Below are positions 10,573 to 18,501 of a DNA stretch of 64,000 nucleotides, one piece after another. Position 1 is the first letter of the stretch; the number at the start of each line of letters is the position of its first letter. The notes below the pieces were generated by a model. That model searched no databases. It was not told where the DNA came from and worked only from the letters and a program-made list of their open reading frames with translations. Source of the stretch: an uncultured Clostridia bacterium. Its GTDB lineage: Bacteria > Bacillota > Clostridia > TANB77 > CAG-508. A program made the position numbers and the translations under genes. The DNA is taken from NCBI GenBank assembly GCA_934133175.1, contig CAKPAX010000001.1, positions 28,387 through 92,386 on the forward strand, written 5' to 3'.

Positions 10573-12192
10573 ATGTTAAATAAAAGAAAGTATATTATTT
10601 TAATATTTTTAACATTTATATTTCTATTGCAAATAATATTTCCTAATAAAGTAAAAGCAAATGATAATATTACATTAACATATATATATAATAATGTAGA
10701 AAATAGTGTAACAGTAAAAGCTACATCTGAAATAGGTTTTAAAAATACAAAACCAACGTGGGAACTAGGAAAAAATAAAAAGGTATATATAAAGAAATAT
10801 AATAAAAATGAAAGATATGATACAACGTTTTTATTAATAAATGGGACAAGAAAATTAGTTAATATTAATGTTAACCAAATTGATGATAAAGGACCTCAAA
10901 TTATTACCAAATACATTTATGATAATCTTACAGATACAGTAACTGTAAATATGATTTCAAATGAAATAATGGCAGATACGAAGCCAACATGGAAATTAAG
11001 TGATGATAAACTTGTATATACTAAAAGATACAATAAAAATCAAAATTATATAACAGAAGTAAAAGATGTGTATGGAAATATAAGTAAAGTAAATATAGAT
11101 GTTACTCAAATAAATGGACCAAATATAGAAATGGAATATGTATATAATAAACAAAATAATACAGTAACTGCAAAAATGAAATCAAATAAAATATTAGCTA
11201 ATACAAAACCAACGTGGAAATTAAGTGATGATAGATTGATATATACAAAAACATTTAATAAAAACGAAATGTATTATACACCTGTGCAAGATACTTTTGG
11301 AAATAGTAAAATGGCAAAAATAGAAATAACTCAAATAGATGATAAAGGACCTGAAATAGAAGTTATATATACATATAATGAAAAAAGTGGAATTGTTACT
11401 GTTGATATGAAATCAAATGAAATAATAGCAGATACAAAGCCAACGTGGAAATTAAGTGATGATAAATTAACATATACAAAAAGTTTTAATGAAAATCAAA
11501 ATTATATAACAGAAGTAAAAGATATATATGGAAATATTACAAAGGTGAAAATCTCTATAACACAAATAACAAAGAAAGTTTTTAATGGAATTGATGTATC
11601 TGTATATCAAGGAACAATAGATTGGACAAAAGTTAGTGAATCTGGAATTGATTTTGCTATGATAAGAGCCGGATATAGAGGATATGGTGATAAAGGAAGT
11701 TTAGTAGAGGATACAATGTTTGCCAAAAATGCATTAGGAGCGAAAATAAATAAAATAGATATAGGAGTGTATTTTTATTCTCAAGCAATAAATATAGAAG
11801 AGGCAAAAGAAGAAGCAAAATTTGTAGTAAGTTTAATTAAAAAATATGGAATAGATGTAAAATATCCTATAGCAATAGATACAGAATTATCTCCAATGGG
11901 GACAGGAAGAGCAGACAATATTTCAAAAGAAAAGAGAACAGAAGTAGTAAAGGCTTTTTGTGAAACTATTAAACAATTAGGTTATAAACCAATGATTTAT
12001 GCTAATAAATATTGGCTATATGATAATTTAAATGTACAACAAATAAGTCAATATGACATTTGGCTTGCACATTATATAGAAAGTACAGATTACAAGTATC
12101 AATATATGATGTGGCAATACACGAATACAGGAAAAGTTGATGGTATAACTGGAAATGTAGATAAAAATTATTGTTATAAAAAATATAATTAG
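10573..12192 (+). CDS. secreted GH25 muramidase paralog with four copies of the same repeat
   Basis: Signal peptide; repeat core TKPTWKLSDDKL.YTK..N.NQNYITEVKD.YGN; C-terminal GIDVSVYQGTIDW...DFAMIRAGY...WLAHY...WQYT (GH25). The ATG at 10573 is preferred over the TTG at 10561. Confidence 0.8.
   Translation: MLNKRKYIILIFLTFIFLLQIIFPNKVKANDNITLTYIYNNVENSVTVKATSEIGFKNTKPTWELGKNKKVYIKKYNKNERYDTTFLLINGTRKLVNINVNQIDDKGPQIITKYIYDNLTDTVTVNMISNEIMADTKPTWKLSDDKLVYTKRYNKNQNYITEVKDVYGNISKVNIDVTQINGPNIEMEYVYNKQNNTVTAKMKSNKILANTKPTWKLSDDRLIYTKTFNKNEMYYTPVQDTFGNSKMAKIEITQIDDKGPEIEVIYTYNEKSGIVTVDMKSNEIIADTKPTWKLSDDKLTYTKSFNENQNYITEVKDIYGNITKVKISITQITKKVFNGIDVSVYQGTIDWTKVSESGIDFAMIRAGYRGYGDKGSLVEDTMFAKNALGAKINKIDIGVYFYSQAINIEEAKEEAKFVVSLIKKYGIDVKYPIAIDTELSPMGTGRADNISKEKRTEVVKAFCETIKQLGYKPMIYANKYWLYDNLNVQQISQYDIWLAHYIESTDYKYQYMMWQYTNTGKVDGITGNVDKNYCYKKYN
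10660..11575 (+). repeat. 4 tandem ~76-aa protein repeats, same family as 8956-9870
   Basis: Near-identical nucleotide blocks (acaaagccaacgtggaaattaagtgatgataaa) recur at about 10975, 11210 and 11440. Confidence 0.75.
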
Positions 12193-12221
12193 AGTTATAA
12201 CTAACTCTAATTATATTTTTT
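12188..12221 (+). terminator. rho-independent terminator
   Basis: Stem attagagtt / aactctaat with a downstream T-run. Confidence 0.55.
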
Positions 12222-12284
12222 ATAAACACTTGTAATTTTTTATAATAATTTATATAATTACAAAAAATGATAAGGTGGATTTTT

Positions 12285-14312
12285 ATGAAAGATATAATTA
12301 TACAAAATATAGAAGATATAAAATTAGTTTTAGTATTTTTTATAGTATTTTTTGTTATATTTTTGTTATATTTATTAAAAAGGGAATGGTTCGAAAAAAT
12401 ATATAAACATAGATTTTGTGTTGCTTTAGTGGTATTTGTTTTATGTGTTGTATTTGAAATAAGCGGATCATCAATTGGAATATGGAATATATATTTAAAT
12501 AATGGAGAAAAAGAAGATGGAGTAATAGTAGGAGAGTCTAAAACGATTAGATCTGACGAATGGGCAGTAAACACTCCGATGGCTTATTCACAAAAATTTA
12601 ATGATTTTGGATATTTTAGTGATGTAATAAGAGGAACTGCCACAGATGTTTTTATAGTATATGGACAACCTGTAAAGGACATAGGAATTATATATAGAGC
12701 ATTTCAAATAGGATATTTGTTATTTGGAACGTCAAAAGGTCAAGCTATATTTTGGTGTGGAAGGTTTATTGCTTTATTTTTAATAACATTTGAATTTATG
12801 TTATTAATTACAAAAAGAAAAAGAGGAATATCTTTTATTGGAACTATTTTAGTTTCGTTTGCACCTGTTATTGGTTGGTGGTTTGCAATAAATGGACTTG
12901 TAGAAATGATAATTGCAGGTCAACTTGCAATTATATTGTTAGATAAGTACATGTTGAGTCAGCAATATAAAAAAAGGTTGTTATATTTATTTGGAATGGT
13001 AATATCAGCAGGAACATATTTACTTACTTTTTATCCTTCATGGCAAATACCATTTATATATGTTTTTGCAGGTCTAGCATTATGGGTATTAATAAAAAAT
13101 TGGAAGAACTGTAAAATTAATAAAAAAGATATATTTACAATAATTACTTTTGTAGTATTATTTTTAATTTCAATTATATATATTTTTACAAAATCATTAG
13201 ATACAATAAAGAGTGTTTTAAATACGGTATATCCAGGAAGTAGAGTTGTAACTGGTGGAGGGGAGATATGTAAATATTTTTCATATGCTATAAATCCTTT
13301 TTTCTGGGAAAAGGATGTAATACAAAAGGTTGTTAATGGAAAAATTATTGCAAGTAATGTATGCGAAGAAGCGGTATTTTTTGATTTATTTCCTATAGGA
13401 TTCATAACTTCTTTTATAATACTATTTAAACAGAAATATAAAGATAAATTATTAATAATATCTATAATTGTTTCAATAATACTTGGAACATGGTGTATTT
13501 TTGGATTCCCAGAAATTTTGGCAAAAATTACATTACTTAGTAATTCACAAGCATCAAGATCTATAATAGCTGTAGGCTTTTTAAATATAGTAATTTTAAT
13601 AAGAAGCTTAGCATTAATAGAAAAACCTGTTAAAAGAATAATTAGTGGTGTTTTATCAATATTAATTGCTGGAATAATTGTTTTTATTAACAAAATAGTT
13701 TATTTAGATTATATTGGAGATATAATAACATTATCAACATTAGTATGTTTAAGTATTATTTTTTATTTAATATTAAGATATAATTTCAAATATAATAAAT
13801 ATATTTTAACATTTATTTTATTAATAATAGTGTTATTTTCTGGAGCAACTGTTAATCCAATAAGAAAAGGAGTAGGAGAAGTATATGATTCTGAATTAAT
13901 TAATAGGATACAAGAAATTTCACAAAATGATAACAGATTGTGGATTGTGGAAGGAAATGGGCTTCCATATAACAATATACCAATAATGGCAGGAGCAAAA
14001 ACTATAAATTCCACAAATGTATATCCTATTTTAGATAGATGGAAAATCTTTGATAAAAACGGTGAAAATGAAAAAATCTACAATAGATATGCACATATAA
14101 CAATAAATTTAACAAATGAAAACAAAATAGAGTTTAAACTTACTTCTCCAGATGCTTTTACTGTAAATTTAAATATTGACGAATTATCAAAGCTTGATGT
14201 AAAATATATCTTGGCACTAAGAGATTTAAGTGGTTATTCAAATGATAAAAAAGATTTGAAAAAAATCTATGAATATAATAATTATGAAATATATGAAATA
14301 AAGGAGAAATAG
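12285..14312 (+). CDS. large polytopic membrane protein, putative GT-C-type glycosyltransferase
   Basis: More than 12 predicted TM helices plus a ~150-aa soluble C-terminal domain. It sits immediately upstream of GtrB-like and GtrA-like genes (three-component decoration logic). The ATG at 12285 has SD AAGGTGG; the track start at 12267 does not. Confidence 0.6.
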   Translation: MKDIIIQNIEDIKLVLVFFIVFFVIFLLYLLKREWFEKIYKHRFCVALVVFVLCVVFEISGSSIGIWNIYLNNGEKEDGVIVGESKTIRSDEWAVNTPMAYSQKFNDFGYFSDVIRGTATDVFIVYGQPVKDIGIIYRAFQIGYLLFGTSKGQAIFWCGRFIALFLITFEFMLLITKRKRGISFIGTILVSFAPVIGWWFAINGLVEMIIAGQLAIILLDKYMLSQQYKKRLLYLFGMVISAGTYLLTFYPSWQIPFIYVFAGLALWVLIKNWKNCKINKKDIFTIITFVVLFLISIIYIFTKSLDTIKSVLNTVYPGSRVVTGGGEICKYFSYAINPFFWEKDVIQKVVNGKIIASNVCEEAVFFDLFPIGFITSFIILFKQKYKDKLLIISIIVSIILGTWCIFGFPEILAKITLLSNSQASRSIIAVGFLNIVILIRSLALIEKPVKRIISGVLSILIAGIIVFINKIVYLDYIGDIITLSTLVCLSIIFYLILRYNFKYNKYILTFILLIIVLFSGATVNPIRKGVGEVYDSELINRIQEISQNDNRLWIVEGNGLPYNNIPIMAGAKTINSTNVYPILDRWKIFDKNGENEKIYNRYAHITINLTNENKIEFKLTSPDAFTVNLNIDELSKLDVKYILALRDLSGYSNDKKDLKKIYEYNNYEIYEIKEK

Positions 14313-14313
14313 T

Positions 14314-15243
14314 ATGAAAAAAATTGCTGTATTAATACCATGTTATAACGAAGAGCTTACAGTAGAAAAAGTTATAAAAGATTTTAAAAGAGAGCTCCCA
14401 GAAGCGGATATATATGTTTATGATAATAATTCGAAAGATAAAACAGCAGAAATTGCAAAAAATGCAGGAGCAATTGTAAAACATGAATATAGACAAGGAA
14501 AAGGAAATGTTGTAAGAACAATGTTTATGGACATTGATGCTGACATATATGTTATGGTAGATGGGGATGACACTTATCCAGCAGAAGAAGTTCATAAGCT
14601 TATAAAACCAATTGAAGAAGAAAGAGCGGATATGGTTATAGGTGATAGACTAACAAATGGAACATATCAAAAAGAGAATAAAAGACATTTTCATGAATTT
14701 GGTAATAATTTAGTTAGAAAATCTATAAATGTATTATTTAATACAAAATTAAAAGATATAATGACAGGATATAGAGTATTTAATAAAAAATTTGTAAAAA
14801 ATATGCCTGTATTAAGCCCAAAATTTGAAATAGAAACAGAAATGTCTTTGCACGCATTAGATAAAAAATTTATAATAGAAGAAATTCCAATTGTATATAG
14901 AGATAGACCAGAAGGAAGTACATCTAAGTTAAATACAATAGGTGATGGAATAAAAGTTGTAAAAACAATAGTAAAAATGTTTAAAGATTATAAACCACTA
15001 AAATTTTTTGGAGTAATTGCAGGAATATTATTTATAATAGGACTAGCCTTTGGAATTCCAGTTATAGTAGAATTCTTTAAAACTAGATATATAACAAAAG
15101 TTCCAACAGCAGTTTTAGCTACAGGAATAATGATTTTATCAGTAATAATAGGACAATGTGGAGTTATATTAGACACAGTTGTTAAACATCATAGAGAATC
15201 TTATGAATTAAATTTATTAAGATATAAACAATTAGAAAAATAA
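14314..15243 (+). CDS. polyprenyl-phosphate glycosyltransferase (GT2, GtrB/CsbB-like)
   Basis: IAVLIPCYNEE, YDNNSKDKT and VDGDDTY motifs with C-terminal TM helices. Confidence 0.85.
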   Translation: MKKIAVLIPCYNEELTVEKVIKDFKRELPEADIYVYDNNSKDKTAEIAKNAGAIVKHEYRQGKGNVVRTMFMDIDADIYVMVDGDDTYPAEEVHKLIKPIEEERADMVIGDRLTNGTYQKENKRHFHEFGNNLVRKSINVLFNTKLKDIMTGYRVFNKKFVKNMPVLSPKFEIETEMSLHALDKKFIIEEIPIVYRDRPEGSTSKLNTIGDGIKVVKTIVKMFKDYKPLKFFGVIAGILFIIGLAFGIPVIVEFFKTRYITKVPTAVLATGIMILSVIIGQCGVILDTVVKHHRESYELNLLRYKQLEK

Positions 15244-15265
15244 AAAACATTGAAAGGAAAACAAA

Positions 15266-15697
15266 ATGAAAAAAATAATTGAATTAATAAAAGCACTATG
15301 TATAAAATATAAAGAATTAATAATGTATGGGATAATGGGAGTGCTATCAACAATTGTAAATATCGCATCATTTACTATATTTGAGAAAGTATTTGGAATT
15401 CCAGCATTAATTAGTAATGTAATAGCTTGGATTATAACTGTAATCTTTGCATATATAACAAACAAATTATATGTATTTGAAAGTAAAAGCTTTAAAAGAG
15501 ATGTATTAATAAAGGAAATTTTATCATTCACATCTGCAAGAATATTCTCATTATTATTAGAAGAAGCAATACTATATGTATTAATTGATTTAATGAATGT
15601 AAACTCAATAATAACAAAAATATTCTCAAACATAGTAGTTATAATAGTAAATTATATTTTGAGTAAATTAGTTATATTTAAAAAAGACAAAAAATAA
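15266..15697 (+). CDS. GtrA family membrane protein (lipid-linked sugar translocation-associated)
   Basis: 143 aa with 4 TM helices. The YGIMGVLSTIVNI...NKLYVFES pattern is typical of the GtrA family. Confidence 0.8.
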   Translation: MKKIIELIKALCIKYKELIMYGIMGVLSTIVNIASFTIFEKVFGIPALISNVIAWIITVIFAYITNKLYVFESKSFKRDVLIKEILSFTSARIFSLLLEEAILYVLIDLMNVNSIITKIFSNIVVIIVNYILSKLVIFKKDKK

Positions 15698-15712
15698 AAG
15701 GAGGAAAAATAG

Positions 15713-17405
15713 ATGAAACAAAAGAATAAAATTTTTGAAAGTGGAATTACATTAATAGCATTAGTTATAACAATAATAGTTTTGCTAATACTTGCAGGTG
15801 TTACAATAAATATGTTGACTGGTGAAAATGGTATATTAAAACAAGCAACAAATGCAAAAGATGTATCAGAAAAATCAGAATTTGAAGAACAAGTAAGATT
15901 ATCAGTAATAGCTTCAAAAATGAATAATTCAGCAAGAATTAATTTGGATGAACTAGATACAGAATTAAAAAAAATAAGTGGAGTTACAGAGAAAAATATA
16001 AATAAACAAGGTGAAAACGGCAAATTACCATGGATAGTAACTAAAGGAAAAAATTCTGTAACAATACAACCAGAAGAAAACACAGATGAAAAAAATTCAA
16101 GTGAAGATAAAGGTGATGTAGAAGAGGGATGGGTGAATGAGCCTAAATTAATTACTGGAATGACACCAATTTATTGGGATGAGAATAACACTGAAATAAT
16201 AGTGACAGAAAGTAATAAAGATAAATGGTATAATTATAAACAAAAAAGATGGGCCAATGCTAAAACAGAAGATGGGAGTTATTGGGTATGGATACCAAGA
16301 TATGAATATTCTATAGATTCAAATACTAAAAAAATAAATATAAAATTTATAAAAACCACTCAAACAACAGTGGATGATAATTATACATATATTCATCCGG
16401 CATTTAGAAATGGAACTTTAACAAATTTTCAAAATGGTGAATGGGATGAAGAAATACCCGGATTTTGGGTAGCAAAATATTCAGCAGGTTTTCAGAGTTG
16501 TTCAACAGATATAAATGGAAATAATATAAATGAAACAGATACAATTAAGTATTCAACTTCTAAATATACAGGTTTTAGTAATTCTTGTAAAACAAATGCA
16601 TTAGGGCAAAATCTGACAGAAGAAGGAAATGAAAAAATATCATATCCGGTATTTAAACCTTTAACTTATTCTTATAATAATATAAGTGTAGGAGATTGTT
16701 ATACAATATCACAAGAAATTGACAGTGCAGTATCATTTTATGGTTTAAGTGGATATAATAATTCAAGTCATTTGATGAAAAATAGCGAATGGGGAGCGGT
16801 AGTATATTTAACACAGAGTAGTTATGGAAGAAATGGTACGGAAGTAACAATAAATAGTAGAAATTTAAGTGATTTAGATTCTAAATTAATATATACAGTA
16901 ACTGGATATGCTGGAAATACAGCTTTGGGAACAGATGCAAGTAGTACGAGTGATATGAGTCGGAGTATTTGATTTAAATGGTGGAGTATGGGAAAGAATG
17001 GCAAGTTATGTATCAAATGGAAATCAAAATTTAGGCACATATGGATCATCATTTGTGAATACAATACCAAACCCAGAAGCTTATAAAACTTTAAGTAATA
17101 AATATATTACAGTTTATCCATATAATTCTTCTAGTGATACAATACTTGAAAATTGGAGAACTTATAGTAATTTGAAGTATGGATATGGTGATTCAATATT
17201 AGAAGTATCAAAAATTATAGAAGAAAAAACTGAAAATTGGAATGGAAAAATAATAAATTATGCATACTCAGAGTGGCCATTTTTTGCTTATGGTGGAATA
17301 GAAGATGATGACAATTCAAGTGCAGATATGTTTGGATTGGCATGTACTTATGGAGGTCCACATATTACTCGTGGATTTCGCGTATGTTTAACATTTGAAG
17401 AATAA
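15713..17405 (+). CDS. prepilin-like N-terminus + FGE/SUMF1-like domain protein, split by a +1 frame change at the CGG codon 16961-16963
   Basis: N-terminus MKQKNKIFESG/ITLIALVITIIVLLILAG. The track shows two pieces (15713-16972 and 16998-17405). The +1 frame is open from 16959. Joining gives DMS-G-VFDLNGGVWE and a C-terminal RGFRVCL, both FGE-sulfatase-like signatures. Confidence 0.75.
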
Positions 17406-17408
17406 AAA

Positions 17409-17439
17409 ATAGTACCTATTTAAAAGGTACTATTTTTTT
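17409..17439. terminator. bidirectional rho-independent terminator
   Basis: Perfect 9-bp stem atagtacct / aggtactat flanked by an A-run (5') and a T-run (3'). It lies between convergent genes. Confidence 0.8.
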
Positions 17440-17445
17440 GTTTGA

Positions 17446-17562
17446 TTAGCAACATCCTTTATTGCCACCACAACAACAGCATATTAATAATATAAGAATT
17501 ATTATCCAGCAGCAGTCATCACCAAATCCAAAACCGCATCCGCATCCTCTGTTTTCAGGCAT
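17446..17562 (-). CDS. small Cys/Gly-rich hydrophobic peptide, 38 aa (not in the ORF track)
   Basis: My translation is MPENRGCGCGFGFGDDCCWIIILILLICCCCGGNKGCC. SD AAAGGGGG sits 7 nt upstream of the ATG. Architecture resembles tiny-TM YjcZ-type sporulation peptides. Confidence 0.55.
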   Translation of the reverse strand: MPENRGCGCGFGFGDDCCWIIILILLICCCCGGNKGCC

Positions 17563-17601
17563 AAGAAAACCCCCTTTCCTAAAAAGTATTATTCTTTTCA
17601 A

Positions 17602-17715
17602 TTAACAGCAAGAGTTATTGTTATTGCAACAACAACCTCTGTTGCCACAGCCACCACAGAAAAGAAGTAAGAAAAGAATAATGAACCAAAGAATTTCATC
17701 ATTACAGCAACACAT
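17602..17715 (-). CDS. small Cys-rich hydrophobic peptide, 37 aa (not in the ORF track)
   Basis: My translation is MCCCNDEILWFIILFLLLFCGGCGNRGCCCNNNNSCC. A perfect SD AAGGAGG sits 9 nt upstream of the ATG. It is in tandem with 17446-17562. Confidence 0.55.
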   Translation of the reverse strand: MCCCNDEILWFIILFLLLFCGGCGNRGCCCNNNNSCC

Positions 17716-17900
17716 AAGTAAGTACCTCCTTGAAAAAATATTTAAGTTTAATCTTTTGTTTGTGTTCCTTTGTATGATATATAATATGAATTCTTAAAAA
17801 TTTTGTTACAAATTTTAAATAATGTTGATAAATAAAAAATTGTATGTTAGAATTTCTTTATAAAAAGTATATTAAATAAAATTTTATTAGGGAGAAATAG

Positions 17901-18449
17901 ATGTTAAAAAGAGAAAGTAGTGAAATTTTACATGATATTAAAGTAGAAATTCCTGAATTTGAAAAAGATGAGTTGTTAGAATATACAAAATGGGCTATTC
18001 CATCATTATATGAGTCATTAAGAGATAATGAAAAAATAGTTTTGAATTGTAATAATGAAGTGATAAATAAAATTAATTCTGAAAAAGAAAGTTACAGAGT
18101 AACGAAAAATATAGATAAAGTAACTGTTCAATATGCCGATTTATTTGATTATCTTAATATAAATAGTGAAAAGTATATAAAAGTTTATATTTCTTTATAT
18201 TTTTATGATGATGTAAATAATAATATTGATAAAGATTGTGAAAAAGATAAATATTGGAATGATACATGGATTATTACATATAAGATAAATGGTGGAAAAA
18301 CAAAAGACAATTGCAATTGTAGTAATTGTGGTTCAGTCATGAAATATAATCTTCAAAATAATATATTTGAATGTGAATATTGTGGAAATGTAATTCATAT
18401 AAATTCAAATTTAAAATGGGAAATTGTTGACATTCAAGTAATAATGTAA
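17901..18449 (+). CDS. hypothetical protein with C-terminal zinc-ribbon (CxxC...CxxC)
   Basis: SD GGGAG upstream; CSNCGS...CEYCGN near the C-terminus. Confidence 0.6.
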   Translation: MLKRESSEILHDIKVEIPEFEKDELLEYTKWAIPSLYESLRDNEKIVLNCNNEVINKINSEKESYRVTKNIDKVTVQYADLFDYLNINSEKYIKVYISLYFYDDVNNNIDKDCEKDKYWNDTWIITYKINGGKTKDNCNCSNCGSVMKYNLQNNIFECEYCGNVIHINSNLKWEIVDIQVIM

Positions 18450-18501
18450 CAAAGATGATATATGTTGAAAAATTGTACAAATGCAAAATTGGAGGAAAAA
18501 A

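Noticed and set aside
12002-12574. 190-aa minus-strand ORF spanning the end of the GH25 gene, the intergenic region and the start of the GT-C-like gene
   Set aside because: It runs antisense to two well-supported + strand genes and across a terminator. The composition is Ile/Phe/Asn-rich, typical of AT-rich antisense frames. There is no SD.
13031-13693. 220-aa minus-strand ORF inside 12285-14312
   Set aside because: It lies entirely antisense to a long membrane-protein gene. Open antisense frames are expected at this AT content, and I recognise no motif or start signal.
15652-16083. Recurrent minus-strand ORFs opposite the pilin-like N-termini (15652-16083, 34687-35004, 34764-35141, 55122-55448)
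   Set aside because: They recur only because the conserved sense-strand segment is repeated three times. The sense frames carry SD sites, signal-peptide logic and downstream domains. The antisense frames do not.
15713-17405. Interpreting the pilin-like genes as part of a type IV pilus, competence or T2SS locus
   Set aside because: No assembly ATPase, platform protein or prepilin peptidase is present in the 64 kb. The three genes are dispersed and monocistronic, so I report them as a family with an unresolved export route.
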